Positions 56,550 through 64,000 of a stretch of DNA of 64,000 bases are shown one piece after another (position 1 is the first letter of the stretch; every line of letters begins with the position of its first letter). This DNA comes from Parcubacteria group bacterium (GTDB lineage: Bacteria > Patescibacteriota > Minisyncoccia > Phycocordibacterales > CALRHW01). The notes beneath the pieces are model-generated. The model made no database searches. It was not told the origin of the DNA and worked only from the letters and a program-made list of their open reading frames with translations. A program made the position numbers and the translations under genes. The DNA lies in assembly GCA_943359555.1 (NCBI GenBank), contig CALRHW010000001.1, positions 2,718-66,717 on the forward strand. Direction: 5' to 3'.

Positions 56550-57457
56550 TTCGCGTCTTTGGTGTCCCCAAGTAGTATGTTTATAGCCTTGGTTATAGTC
56601 GGCAGAATATCATTATAAAAATTAAGGTCAAGTATGTCGGCAAGTTTAAACCAACGCACATCATCTAGTCCACCGCTTTCTTTTAATTTTATTTCTTCAA
56701 ATTTTGACTCGGCAAGGTAGTAATGCACCTGCTTTTTTATCTTCCCTTTCTCTGGATCAAAAGCGATATATGCATTATTACCGAGTTCTTCTTTTACATT
56801 TATATTGAGTCCGAGCTCGTCTTTTATAACACGTTTTATTCCAGCTATATCTTCTTCTCCTTCTTCAAAATGACCCTTTGAAAGTGTCCAATGTCCGAAA
56901 ACATCGTGCACAAGAGCGAGATAAATGTCATCGCCATCTTTTCCAAAAACGACAGCTCCTCCGAGTTTTTCTATCGGCGCTTGGTCATCTGGAATGTCTG
57001 GATGACGCTTTCTTTTTGAAGTCTCGTCTTTACCCGGCTCGCCCATTTCTTTATATACCGCACCGAGGACGCCGTTTACAAACTTTCCACTCGTATCCCC
57101 ACCAAAAGTCTTTGCAAGCTCAATTGCCTCGTTTATAGCCACTTTTGGGGGCACTTCTTTTCTGTCAGCAAAAAGAAGCTCGTAAAGTCCAATGCGCAAA
57201 ATGTTGCGGTCAATAATAGAAATTTTATCAATTGGCCAATCTGGCGCAGCTTTTTCTATAATCACGTCCAAATCCTTTTTCTTTGCAACGACATTCTTCA
57301 TCAAGTTTTCCATGAATGCCAAATCACCCGTTCCAGTAGCAAACTCTGAAGCGTTGCGTTCAAAAATATCCATAGCCTCCTTAGCACTTTTTTTATTGAA
57401 ATCCCATTCAAAAAGTGATTGTGTGACTATTGATCTTGATAAATGCCTGTTTGCCAT
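56546..57457 (-). CDS. nusB: NusB-like antitermination domain fused to a C-terminal Nudix hydrolase domain
   Basis: NusB core (AINEAIELAKTFGGDTSGKFVNGVLGAV), then a Nudix box GHFEEGEEDIAGIKRVIKDELGL. Confidence 0.7.
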   Translation of the reverse strand: MANRHLSRSIVTQSLFEWDFNKKSAKEAMDIFERNASEFATGTGDLAFMENLMKNVVAKKKDLDVIIEKAAPDWPIDKISIIDRNILRIGLYELLFADRKEVPPKVAINEAIELAKTFGGDTSGKFVNGVLGAVYKEMGEPGKDETSKRKRHPDIPDDQAPIEKLGGAVVFGKDGDDIYLALVHDVFGHWTLSKGHFEEGEEDIAGIKRVIKDELGLNINVKEELGNNAYIAFDPEKGKIKKQVHYYLAESKFEEIKLKESGGLDDVRWFKLADILDLNFYNDILPTITKAINILLGDTKDAK

Positions 57458-57559
57458 TATTTTTTTGTTTTAAGAACTTTTGAAACTCGCACCGCACTTT
57501 TTTCACATTAACTTCACTTTCTTAAACTTTCTGCCCATCTCCTACTCACCTCCGCACTT

Positions 57560-57781
57560 TTACTTTTTCCCCGCTTTCTCTTTAGCTTTTTGCCGTTTAG
57601 TGATTTTAGCCATCGTATCCACTACTACTTTGTCTTTATAAGTACCACATTTTGCACATACTCTATGACTCATTTTTGGAGCGTTGCATTTTGGACACTT
57701 GGAAAGAGACCTCATCTTTAGTGCGTGATGAGAACGTCTGTTGCCCGTATGAGCCCGTGTGTGTCGCATTCTTACAACCAT
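57560..57781 (-). CDS. rpmF: 50S ribosomal protein L32
   Basis: N-terminus MVVRMRHTRAHTGNRRSHHALK, and Zn ribbon CPKC...CAKCG. Confidence 0.8.
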   Translation of the reverse strand: MVVRMRHTRAHTGNRRSHHALKMRSLSKCPKCNAPKMSHRVCAKCGTYKDKVVVDTMAKITKRQKAKEKAGKK

Positions 57782-57832
57782 ATATTGAAGATTATATACA
57801 ATTATAAAAAAAAGACAATGTCTACTAGGTCT

Positions 57833-58459
57833 CTAACTGCGTGCAAAAAACTTTTTCAAAAAACTTCTACGGTGGATATCGCACATTCCGAGCATGCGGA
57901 TTTTTTTCAAATGCTCGAACGTTCCGTATCCCTTATGCTCTTCAAAACCATAGCCGACGTATTTTTCGGCATATTTTTCCATTTTCGCGTCGCGATGTTG
58001 CTTGGCAATAACTGAAGCTAGACTTATCACTGCAATCTTTTCATCACCGCGAATAATCGTCCGTTGTTTTTTATATTCAGGTGGTGCGTGTAAACCGCCG
58101 TCTAGAAAAACCATACACTCTTTGGGGTTTATTTTTAGACGATTGAGCGCTCGCAGGATAGCGAGCGCGATTGCCTTATTTATTCCAATTTTATCAATCA
58201 CAGACGAACTCACAGACGCGATGGAATAATTTAATTTTTGAGAGCTATTTTTACGGACACCGCTCGCAGACCGTCCGAGCTTTTTTACCTTTCCAGCCCA
58301 CTCTCTGCGTTTTTGTGCGGAAAGTTTTTTTGAGTCGCGGATGCCCGCAAAAAAAGACATGTCAAAAAATTTATTTATACACACCGCGCCCACAGATACT
58401 GGGCCAGCAAGCGGTCCACGCCCCACTTCGTCAATACCAACAATATATCGATATTTCAT
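57833..58459 (-). CDS. rnhB: ribonuclease HII
   Basis: IVGIDEVGRGPLAGPV catalytic motif. Confidence 0.9.
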   Translation of the reverse strand: MKYRYIVGIDEVGRGPLAGPVSVGAVCINKFFDMSFFAGIRDSKKLSAQKRREWAGKVKKLGRSASGVRKNSSQKLNYSIASVSSSVIDKIGINKAIALAILRALNRLKINPKECMVFLDGGLHAPPEYKKQRTIIRGDEKIAVISLASVIAKQHRDAKMEKYAEKYVGYGFEEHKGYGTFEHLKKIRMLGMCDIHRRSFLKKFFARS

Positions 58460-58498
58460 CTCTATTTTGCTATAATTCTATCATAATTCCCCTAAAAA

Positions 58499-61400
58499 AT
58501 GAGTAAATTTATCCATCTTCACACACACAGCCATTACAGCCTTCTAAACGCTTTACCGAAAATTGACGAGCTAGTAGAGGCCGCTAAAAAAAACGGAATG
58601 GATGCGCTCGCACTTACCGACAACAGCAATCTTTACGGAGTGATTTCTTTTTATAAAGAATGCAAAGAAGCAGGAATAAAACCAATTATCGGTGTAGATG
58701 CGTATCTTGCGGTGCGCTCAAGAAATGATAAACAAACAGGAATAGACAATTCTCGTTTTCGGCTAGTTTTGCTGGCAAAAGACACATCGGGTTATAAAAA
58801 TTTAATTCAACTCGTCACAAAAGCATATCTCGAAGGATTCTATTACAAGCCGAGAGTAGATAAAGAACTTTTGGAACTTCACCGCGAAGGACTGGTGTGT
58901 ATTTCGCCATCATTTTCTGGCGATATTGCTGTTGCGCTCAAAAATCGCGACACAGATAAAGCTCGCGAGCTCATAAATTGGTATAAAAAAATATATGGAC
59001 TTGATAACTTCTTTATAGAAATATCACATCACCCAGAAATACTCGGACACGAAGAAAAAATGACGGCACTCGTGGCGCTCGCTAGAGAAACCAACACACA
59101 AATAGTGGCTACTCACGACGTTTATTATATCCATGAAAAAGACAGGCTCGCTCGCAAGACTTTGATGTCAATCCAGACAAACAGTGATTTCAGTGAAAGA
59201 ATTTTAGATGACTCGCAGGAAGATTTTTCTTTTATCAGCGAAAAACAGGCGTTAAAATATTTCAAAAACTTACCAGACGCGATTGAAAACACGCGCAAAA
59301 TTGCAGACATGTGCAATCTGGAGCTTGAACTTGGTAAATGGGTTTTTCCAAATTTTATCGTAGAAAATGGACTTTCACACGACGAAGAATTAAAAAGAAT
59401 TGCTTACGAAGGTTTTGCGATTCGTAAAATGGAAAGAACACCTGAAGCTATCGCGCGTCTTGAATACGAGCTCGGGGTTATAAAAGACAAAGGTTACGCG
59501 CCGTATTTTCTTGTAGTAGAAGATTTGCTTCAGTTTGCACATAAAAATAAAATCTTGACGACGATTAGAGGTTCGGTGGCTGGTTCACTTACGACATATC
59601 TAGCGCGTATCACAAACGTAGATCCGCTCGCATACAAACTGCCATTTGAAAGATTTTTAAATCCAGAACGCCCAAGTCCGCCCGATATTGATATGGATTA
59701 TGCTGACAACCGTCGTGACGAAGTAATAGAATATGCAAAACAAAAATACGGTGCAGACAAGGTAGCACAAATAGGTACTTTTGGTACGATGGCGGCTCGT
59801 GGCTCTGTGCGTGATGTTACGCGTGCACTCAATCTTGGCTACGGCGTTGGTGACAAAATCGCAAAACTCATTCCGATGGGCGCGCAGGGTTTTCCGATGA
59901 CAATAGACCGCGCGTTAAAAGAAACTCCCGAGCTCAAGGAAATGTATAAAACCGAAAAAGACGTTACGGAAATCATAGACATGGCAAAAAAAATTGAGGG
60001 CGCGGCGCGACATATTTCCGTGCACGCGGCTGGAGTTGTTATTTCCCCTACTCCTCTAATAGAATTTACTCCACTACAATATGACACAAAAGGAGAAAAC
60101 AAAATCATCACTCAATACGACATGTATTCTATTGAAGAAGCAGGTCTACTTAAATTTGATTTTCTTGGAATTAAAAATCTTTCAATACTCGCGGATGCGG
60201 TGGAGCTAGTAAAAACAATTGAAGAAAAAGATATAGACATTGAAAATATTCCACTAGACGACGCAAAAACTTTTGCCATGCTTGCACGCGGAGCAACTGT
60301 CGGCCTTTTTCAGCTAAACGGCGAAGCGATGACAAAGTTTCTCAAAGACCTAAAACCGACAAACATAAACGACATCAATGTAATGATTGCTCTTTATCGT
60401 CCTGGACCGATGCGCAACATTCCCGACTACATAGACAGAAAGCACGGCAAAAAACCCATCACCTATTTGCATCCAAAAATGGAAAGTTACTTGAAAGAAT
60501 CATACGGAATTTTGGTTTACCAAGAAGACATTATGTTTACAGCACTTGAGCTCGCGGGCTACACATGGAAAACCGTGGACAAGATTCGTAAAGCGATTGG
60601 AAAAAAAATCCCGAAAGAAATGGAGGAACAGCACAAAGTTTTCGTGGAGGGTTGCGCCAAGTTTTCAAATATTCCGCCAGAAAAAGCAGAGAAAATTTGG
60701 GATTTGTTTGATCCTTTCAAGGGTTATGGTTTCAACAAGGCACACGCCGCGAGCTATGGAAAAGTTTCATACCAGACCGCTTATATGAAAGCCAACTTTC
60801 CTGCGATATATATGTCTGCGGTGCTCACCGCAGAATCTGGTGATGTGGAAAAAATTGCAGAAATTATTGCCGAATGCAAACGTATGGACATTCCCGTCCT
60901 CGCACCAAATATAAATGAAAGTTTTGGAGGTTTTGCTGTGATAAGCAATCGTGGCGGAATAGGTAAAGGTTTTACAGAAGGTCCAGACAAGATCCGCTTT
61001 GGACTTTACACAATTAAAAATTTTGGCGAAGGTATCGGTGCTTATATTATAGCTGAACGTAAACGTGGCGGAAAATTTAAAACACTGGCAGATTTTCTAG
61101 ATAGAATAAAAGATAAAAATCTAAATAAAAAATCTCTTGAAGCAATTATAAAAACAGGTGCGATGGACGAGCTCGGTGAACGCGGAGCAATGCTTGTAAA
61201 CCTTGAAAATATTTTGACTTATAATAAAGAAAAAAATAAAACTGGAGAAAATCAAGATTCTCTTTTTGGACTGATGGTAGACACCTCTACTATTCCTACA
61301 CTAAAACTAGAGCCCGCTCCACCCGCGACAAATGTAGACATGCTCACTTGGGAAAAAGAATTGCTGGGCCTATACATTTCTGGTCATCCATTAGATAAAT

Positions 61401-61708
61401 ATCAAGAAAAGCTAGCCGGCAAAAATACTAATATCAAAAAAATCCGCGAGGAAGCGAAAGAAGGTGTGGAAGTGGTTGTGGGCGGAATAGTAGAAGAAAT
61501 GCGAAATGTCGTCACAAAAAAGGGCGACTCAATGATTTTTCTCAAATTGAGCGACCTTTCTGGAAGTATAGAGTGCGTGATATTCCCGCGAGTTCTTCAA
61601 GAATTTAAAGATTTTTTTGTACTTGAAAAATGCATCGCAATAAAAGGCAAAATCTCATTACGAAACGGAAGTGTGAGTATCATCACGGAGAAAGCGAAGG
61701 AACTTTAA
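58499..61708 (+). CDS. dnaE: DNA polymerase III alpha subunit (short, 1069 aa)
   Basis: PHP domain HLHTHSHYSLLNA. Polymerase core with GFNKAHAASYG, and a C-terminal OB fold. Confidence 0.9.
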   Translation: MSKFIHLHTHSHYSLLNALPKIDELVEAAKKNGMDALALTDNSNLYGVISFYKECKEAGIKPIIGVDAYLAVRSRNDKQTGIDNSRFRLVLLAKDTSGYKNLIQLVTKAYLEGFYYKPRVDKELLELHREGLVCISPSFSGDIAVALKNRDTDKARELINWYKKIYGLDNFFIEISHHPEILGHEEKMTALVALARETNTQIVATHDVYYIHEKDRLARKTLMSIQTNSDFSERILDDSQEDFSFISEKQALKYFKNLPDAIENTRKIADMCNLELELGKWVFPNFIVENGLSHDEELKRIAYEGFAIRKMERTPEAIARLEYELGVIKDKGYAPYFLVVEDLLQFAHKNKILTTIRGSVAGSLTTYLARITNVDPLAYKLPFERFLNPERPSPPDIDMDYADNRRDEVIEYAKQKYGADKVAQIGTFGTMAARGSVRDVTRALNLGYGVGDKIAKLIPMGAQGFPMTIDRALKETPELKEMYKTEKDVTEIIDMAKKIEGAARHISVHAAGVVISPTPLIEFTPLQYDTKGENKIITQYDMYSIEEAGLLKFDFLGIKNLSILADAVELVKTIEEKDIDIENIPLDDAKTFAMLARGATVGLFQLNGEAMTKFLKDLKPTNINDINVMIALYRPGPMRNIPDYIDRKHGKKPITYLHPKMESYLKESYGILVYQEDIMFTALELAGYTWKTVDKIRKAIGKKIPKEMEEQHKVFVEGCAKFSNIPPEKAEKIWDLFDPFKGYGFNKAHAASYGKVSYQTAYMKANFPAIYMSAVLTAESGDVEKIAEIIAECKRMDIPVLAPNINESFGGFAVISNRGGIGKGFTEGPDKIRFGLYTIKNFGEGIGAYIIAERKRGGKFKTLADFLDRIKDKNLNKKSLEAIIKTGAMDELGERGAMLVNLENILTYNKEKNKTGENQDSLFGLMVDTSTIPTLKLEPAPPATNVDMLTWEKELLGLYISGHPLDKYQEKLAGKNTNIKKIREEAKEGVEVVVGGIVEEMRNVVTKKGDSMIFLKLSDLSGSIECVIFPRVLQEFKDFFVLEKCIAIKGKISLRNGSVSIITEKAKEL

Positions 61709-61730
61709 ATAGTTATCTTAGTAAATAACA

Positions 61731-61759
61731 AAAAACCACTCCTTTCGGAGTGGTTTTTT
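61731..61759. terminator. bidirectional rho-independent terminator
   Basis: AAAAACCACTCC-TTTC-GGAGTGGTTTTT, with A/T runs on both sides, between convergent dnaE and the 279-aa gene. Confidence 0.7.
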
Positions 61760-61761
61760 GT

Positions 61762-62601
61762 TTACAGCTTTTCAACCTGCTGTGGAGATAAATCTGTAGG
61801 AAATACTACTTTTTTTTTGGGTTGTGGTGGTGTTGGTGTTGGTGCAATCAGTGGTGCGCTTGTTGGTGGTATCATTTCTTTAGGAATATAACCTGGTTTT
61901 TGCGGACGAGTCATTTCTGGAGAAATATTGAAAGGGAATTTAAATGGCCCTAGCTTTGGCTTTGTGTCGGGAGGTATTGGCTTCATTATGGGGAAATATG
62001 GTGCTAGGTAAGCCGGCATAGGTTTTGAATCACAATAAGTCACTAGCATTCCTCCCATACCGTCACTTTCAAGACAGATATCTCTTGCACCACTCCACTC
62101 GCTACTTGTGCAAGAATATTTTAAAACTGGTCCACTAATAAGAGTGCATTGCAAATATCTAGAAGAACTCCACCAATTACTACCTGATATTCGCAGAACG
62201 TATGGATTTGGATTATTAGGAAGATTACTTGGTTTACGACTAATTACAATTTTAATACAAGCAACAATAGGAATTCCTAATATTGATTCACCTGTTGGAA
62301 AACAGAGCTCCACATTTAATGTTTGACCACTCTCAAGTGTCTTAAAACAGGCAGTCGCACCATTAGGTAATGGGTACTCAACCCCTGGTAAACAGGGTGT
62401 AATTGGTACTTCTGGCGATAGTGTCGGTGCGCTTGTTGGCGGTACTGCTGATTTAAAAATACCCGTCAACAAAGAAGCCATCTGTTGATTTTCAAAAGAA
62501 GAACTGGGTGTCATAGATATTATTTTGTATGTTTGTATACAAGATAATACAAATATTCCAGCGAGCAATGCAAAACCTATCAATACATGTTTCTTCTCCA
62601 T
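61762..62601 (-). CDS. secreted/anchored Cys- and Pro-rich protein of unknown function
   Basis: N-terminal TM/signal VLIGFALLAGIFVL. About 10 Cys in the mature part and a Pro-rich C-terminus. Confidence 0.5.
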   Translation of the reverse strand: MEKKHVLIGFALLAGIFVLSCIQTYKIISMTPSSSFENQQMASLLTGIFKSAVPPTSAPTLSPEVPITPCLPGVEYPLPNGATACFKTLESGQTLNVELCFPTGESILGIPIVACIKIVISRKPSNLPNNPNPYVLRISGSNWWSSSRYLQCTLISGPVLKYSCTSSEWSGARDICLESDGMGGMLVTYCDSKPMPAYLAPYFPIMKPIPPDTKPKLGPFKFPFNISPEMTRPQKPGYIPKEMIPPTSAPLIAPTPTPPQPKKKVVFPTDLSPQQVEKL

Positions 62602-62770
62602 TTTAGATAAAAGTCAAATTTTATTAATAATTTAAAACTACTATCAATTCTACCCCCCCTTTTCATAAAAAACAAAGTGTTTGATTCATATAAGTGGGGA
62701 TAAACCTTCTATCTAGGTTTCAAGATGGATTTAACCTTGAAATAAGCCTAAAAATTGCTATTATCTATAC

Positions 62771-64000
62771 ATGAACGATTTAGAACAAAAAAGACATTCA
62801 CTCGCCCACTTACTTGCTGGAGCGATTTTAAAACTTTATCCGGAAGCAAAAAATACAATCGGTCCAGCTATAGAAAGTGGTTTTTATTACGATTTTGAAT
62901 TCCCTGAGCCTGTTTCCGAAAAAGATTTTCCTCGCATTGAGAAAGAAATGAAAAAAATGCTGAAAACTTGGAAAAAGTTTGAGGCGCAAGTCGTGAGTGC
63001 TGATGATGCCAAAAAACATTTCGCGGGAAATCCATACAAGCTAGAGCTCATTGACGAAATTTCCGAGAAGGGCGAAAAAATAACTCTCTACACTTCTGGC
63101 GATTTTACTGATTTGTGTCGCGGAGGACACAGTGAAAATCCTGCAGAAGAAATTGCAGGCGATTCATTTAAACTAGACCGAGTCGCTGGTGCATATTGGC
63201 GTGGTGATGAAAAAAATAAAATGCTCACTCGTATATACGGCTTGGCATTTGATACAAAAGAAGAATTGGACGCACACATTATCCGATACGAAGAAGCAAA
63301 AAAACGCGACCACAAAAAAATCGGAAAGGAGATGGGGCTTTTTGTTTTTTCAGAACTCGTCGGTGCAGGCCTTCCACTTTGGACACCAAAAGGTACTATG
63401 GTGCGTGAGCTTCTAAATGATTTTGTGTGGGAACTTCGTCGTGCGCATGGTTATCAAAAGGTTACTATTCCTCATATCACAAAAAAGGCTTTATACGAAA
63501 CTTCTGGACACTGGAGTAAATACAGCGAGGATTTATTTAAAATAAATACACGAGAAGGTCATGAATATGCGATGAAGCCGATGAACTGTCCGCATCACAC
63601 ACAGATTTTTGCAAGCGCGGGAAAAAGCTATCGTGATATGCCCCAGAGATATTGTGAGACGACGATGGTTTACCGCGACGAACAATCTGGGGAACTCTCT
63701 GGTTTATCGCGCGTACTTTCAATTACCCAAGACGATGCGCATATTTTTTGTAGGAAAAATCAAATTGAAAATGAAATTTTTGGAGTGTGGGATATTGTAG
63801 ATAAATTTTATGGAGCTTTTGGTTTTAAAGATATGAAAATCCGTATTTCAAAACATGATCCAAAAAGTTTTGAAAAATATTTAGGAACGCCAGAAATTTG
63901 GGCTCTCGTGGAAAAAACCCTGACATCACTCGTAGAAAAACGCGGAATAAAAGATTGGGTTGATGGCGTGGGTGAAGCTGCGCTTTATGGACCAAAAATT
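62771..64000 (+). CDS. thrS: threonine--tRNA ligase, 5' part (runs off window end); begins at the editing (N2) domain with no TGS domain
   Basis: The frame is open from the ATG at 62771 to the window end. HSLAHLLA editing-site His pair and class II core (MKPMNCPHHTQIF, RDEQSG). Confidence 0.85.
   Translation, partial: MNDLEQKRHSLAHLLAGAILKLYPEAKNTIGPAIESGFYYDFEFPEPVSEKDFPRIEKEMKKMLKTWKKFEAQVVSADDAKKHFAGNPYKLELIDEISEKGEKITLYTSGDFTDLCRGGHSENPAEEIAGDSFKLDRVAGAYWRGDEKNKMLTRIYGLAFDTKEELDAHIIRYEEAKKRDHKKIGKEMGLFVFSELVGAGLPLWTPKGTMVRELLNDFVWELRRAHGYQKVTIPHITKKALYETSGHWSKYSEDLFKINTREGHEYAMKPMNCPHHTQIFASAGKSYRDMPQRYCETTMVYRDEQSGELSGLSRVLSITQDDAHIFCRKNQIENEIFGVWDIVDKFYGAFGFKDMKIRISKHDPKSFEKYLGTPEIWALVEKTLTSLVEKRGIKDWVDGVGEAALYGPKI

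Noticed and set aside
62602-62770. T-box riboswitch upstream of thrS
   Set aside because: The conserved T-box sequence (AATTAGGGTGGTACCGCG-like) and a specifier-loop arrangement were not found. Only generic hairpins are present.

Overview
This is an AT-rich, very compact bacterial chromosomal segment. Short intergenic spacers, frequent 4-30 bp gene overlaps and reduced-length core proteins suggest a reduced Patescibacteria/CPR-like genome; this is my inference, not a database result. Most of the window is housekeeping. Minus-strand runs are ROK kinase - PGI/PMI - gdhA, ddl - uvrC - uvrA, uvrB - tgt, trmD - rpoB - rpoC - dnaG - rpoD, rpsP - KH - trmD, rnc - smc, and rnhB - rpmF - nusB. Plus-strand genes are typA, hisS, rnr, dnaE and thrS. 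There is one tRNA-Ala(TGC). Accessory content is a signalling island (ECF sigma, membrane anti-sigma candidate, histidine kinase, Met-rich membrane protein, orphan receiver, eukaryotic-like kinase-like protein), a second two-component pair (histidine kinase plus dual-receiver regulator), and a type IV pilus-like module (pilB, pilC, three prepilin-type proteins, one fused to an LVIVD-repeat propeller). I saw no rRNA, CRISPR array, integrase or transposase. The most unusual things are: (1) a ~0.5 kb conspicuously GC-richer island 3' of rpoD that looks more like a structured RNA or foreign insert than a native protein gene; (2) a 39-nt GC-rich motif present twice (downstream of ddl, and at the edge of that island); (3) a recurring family of intergenic elements with long AT-rich stems (13-29 bp) capped by a GC-rich core holding small hairpins; (4) a ~420-nt non-coding leader with an intrinsic terminator immediately before the gdhA start codon; (5) a NusB-Nudix fusion, a hinge-poor short SMC, an S16 with a ~115-aa Ala/Pro/Glu tail and a 21-bp tandem-repeat coiled-coil gene. 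The ORF track allows TTG starts, so where a listed N-terminus looked like read-through into the upstream gene I report a likely shorter start (PGI/PMI, uvrB, FKBP, KH protein, rpsP).
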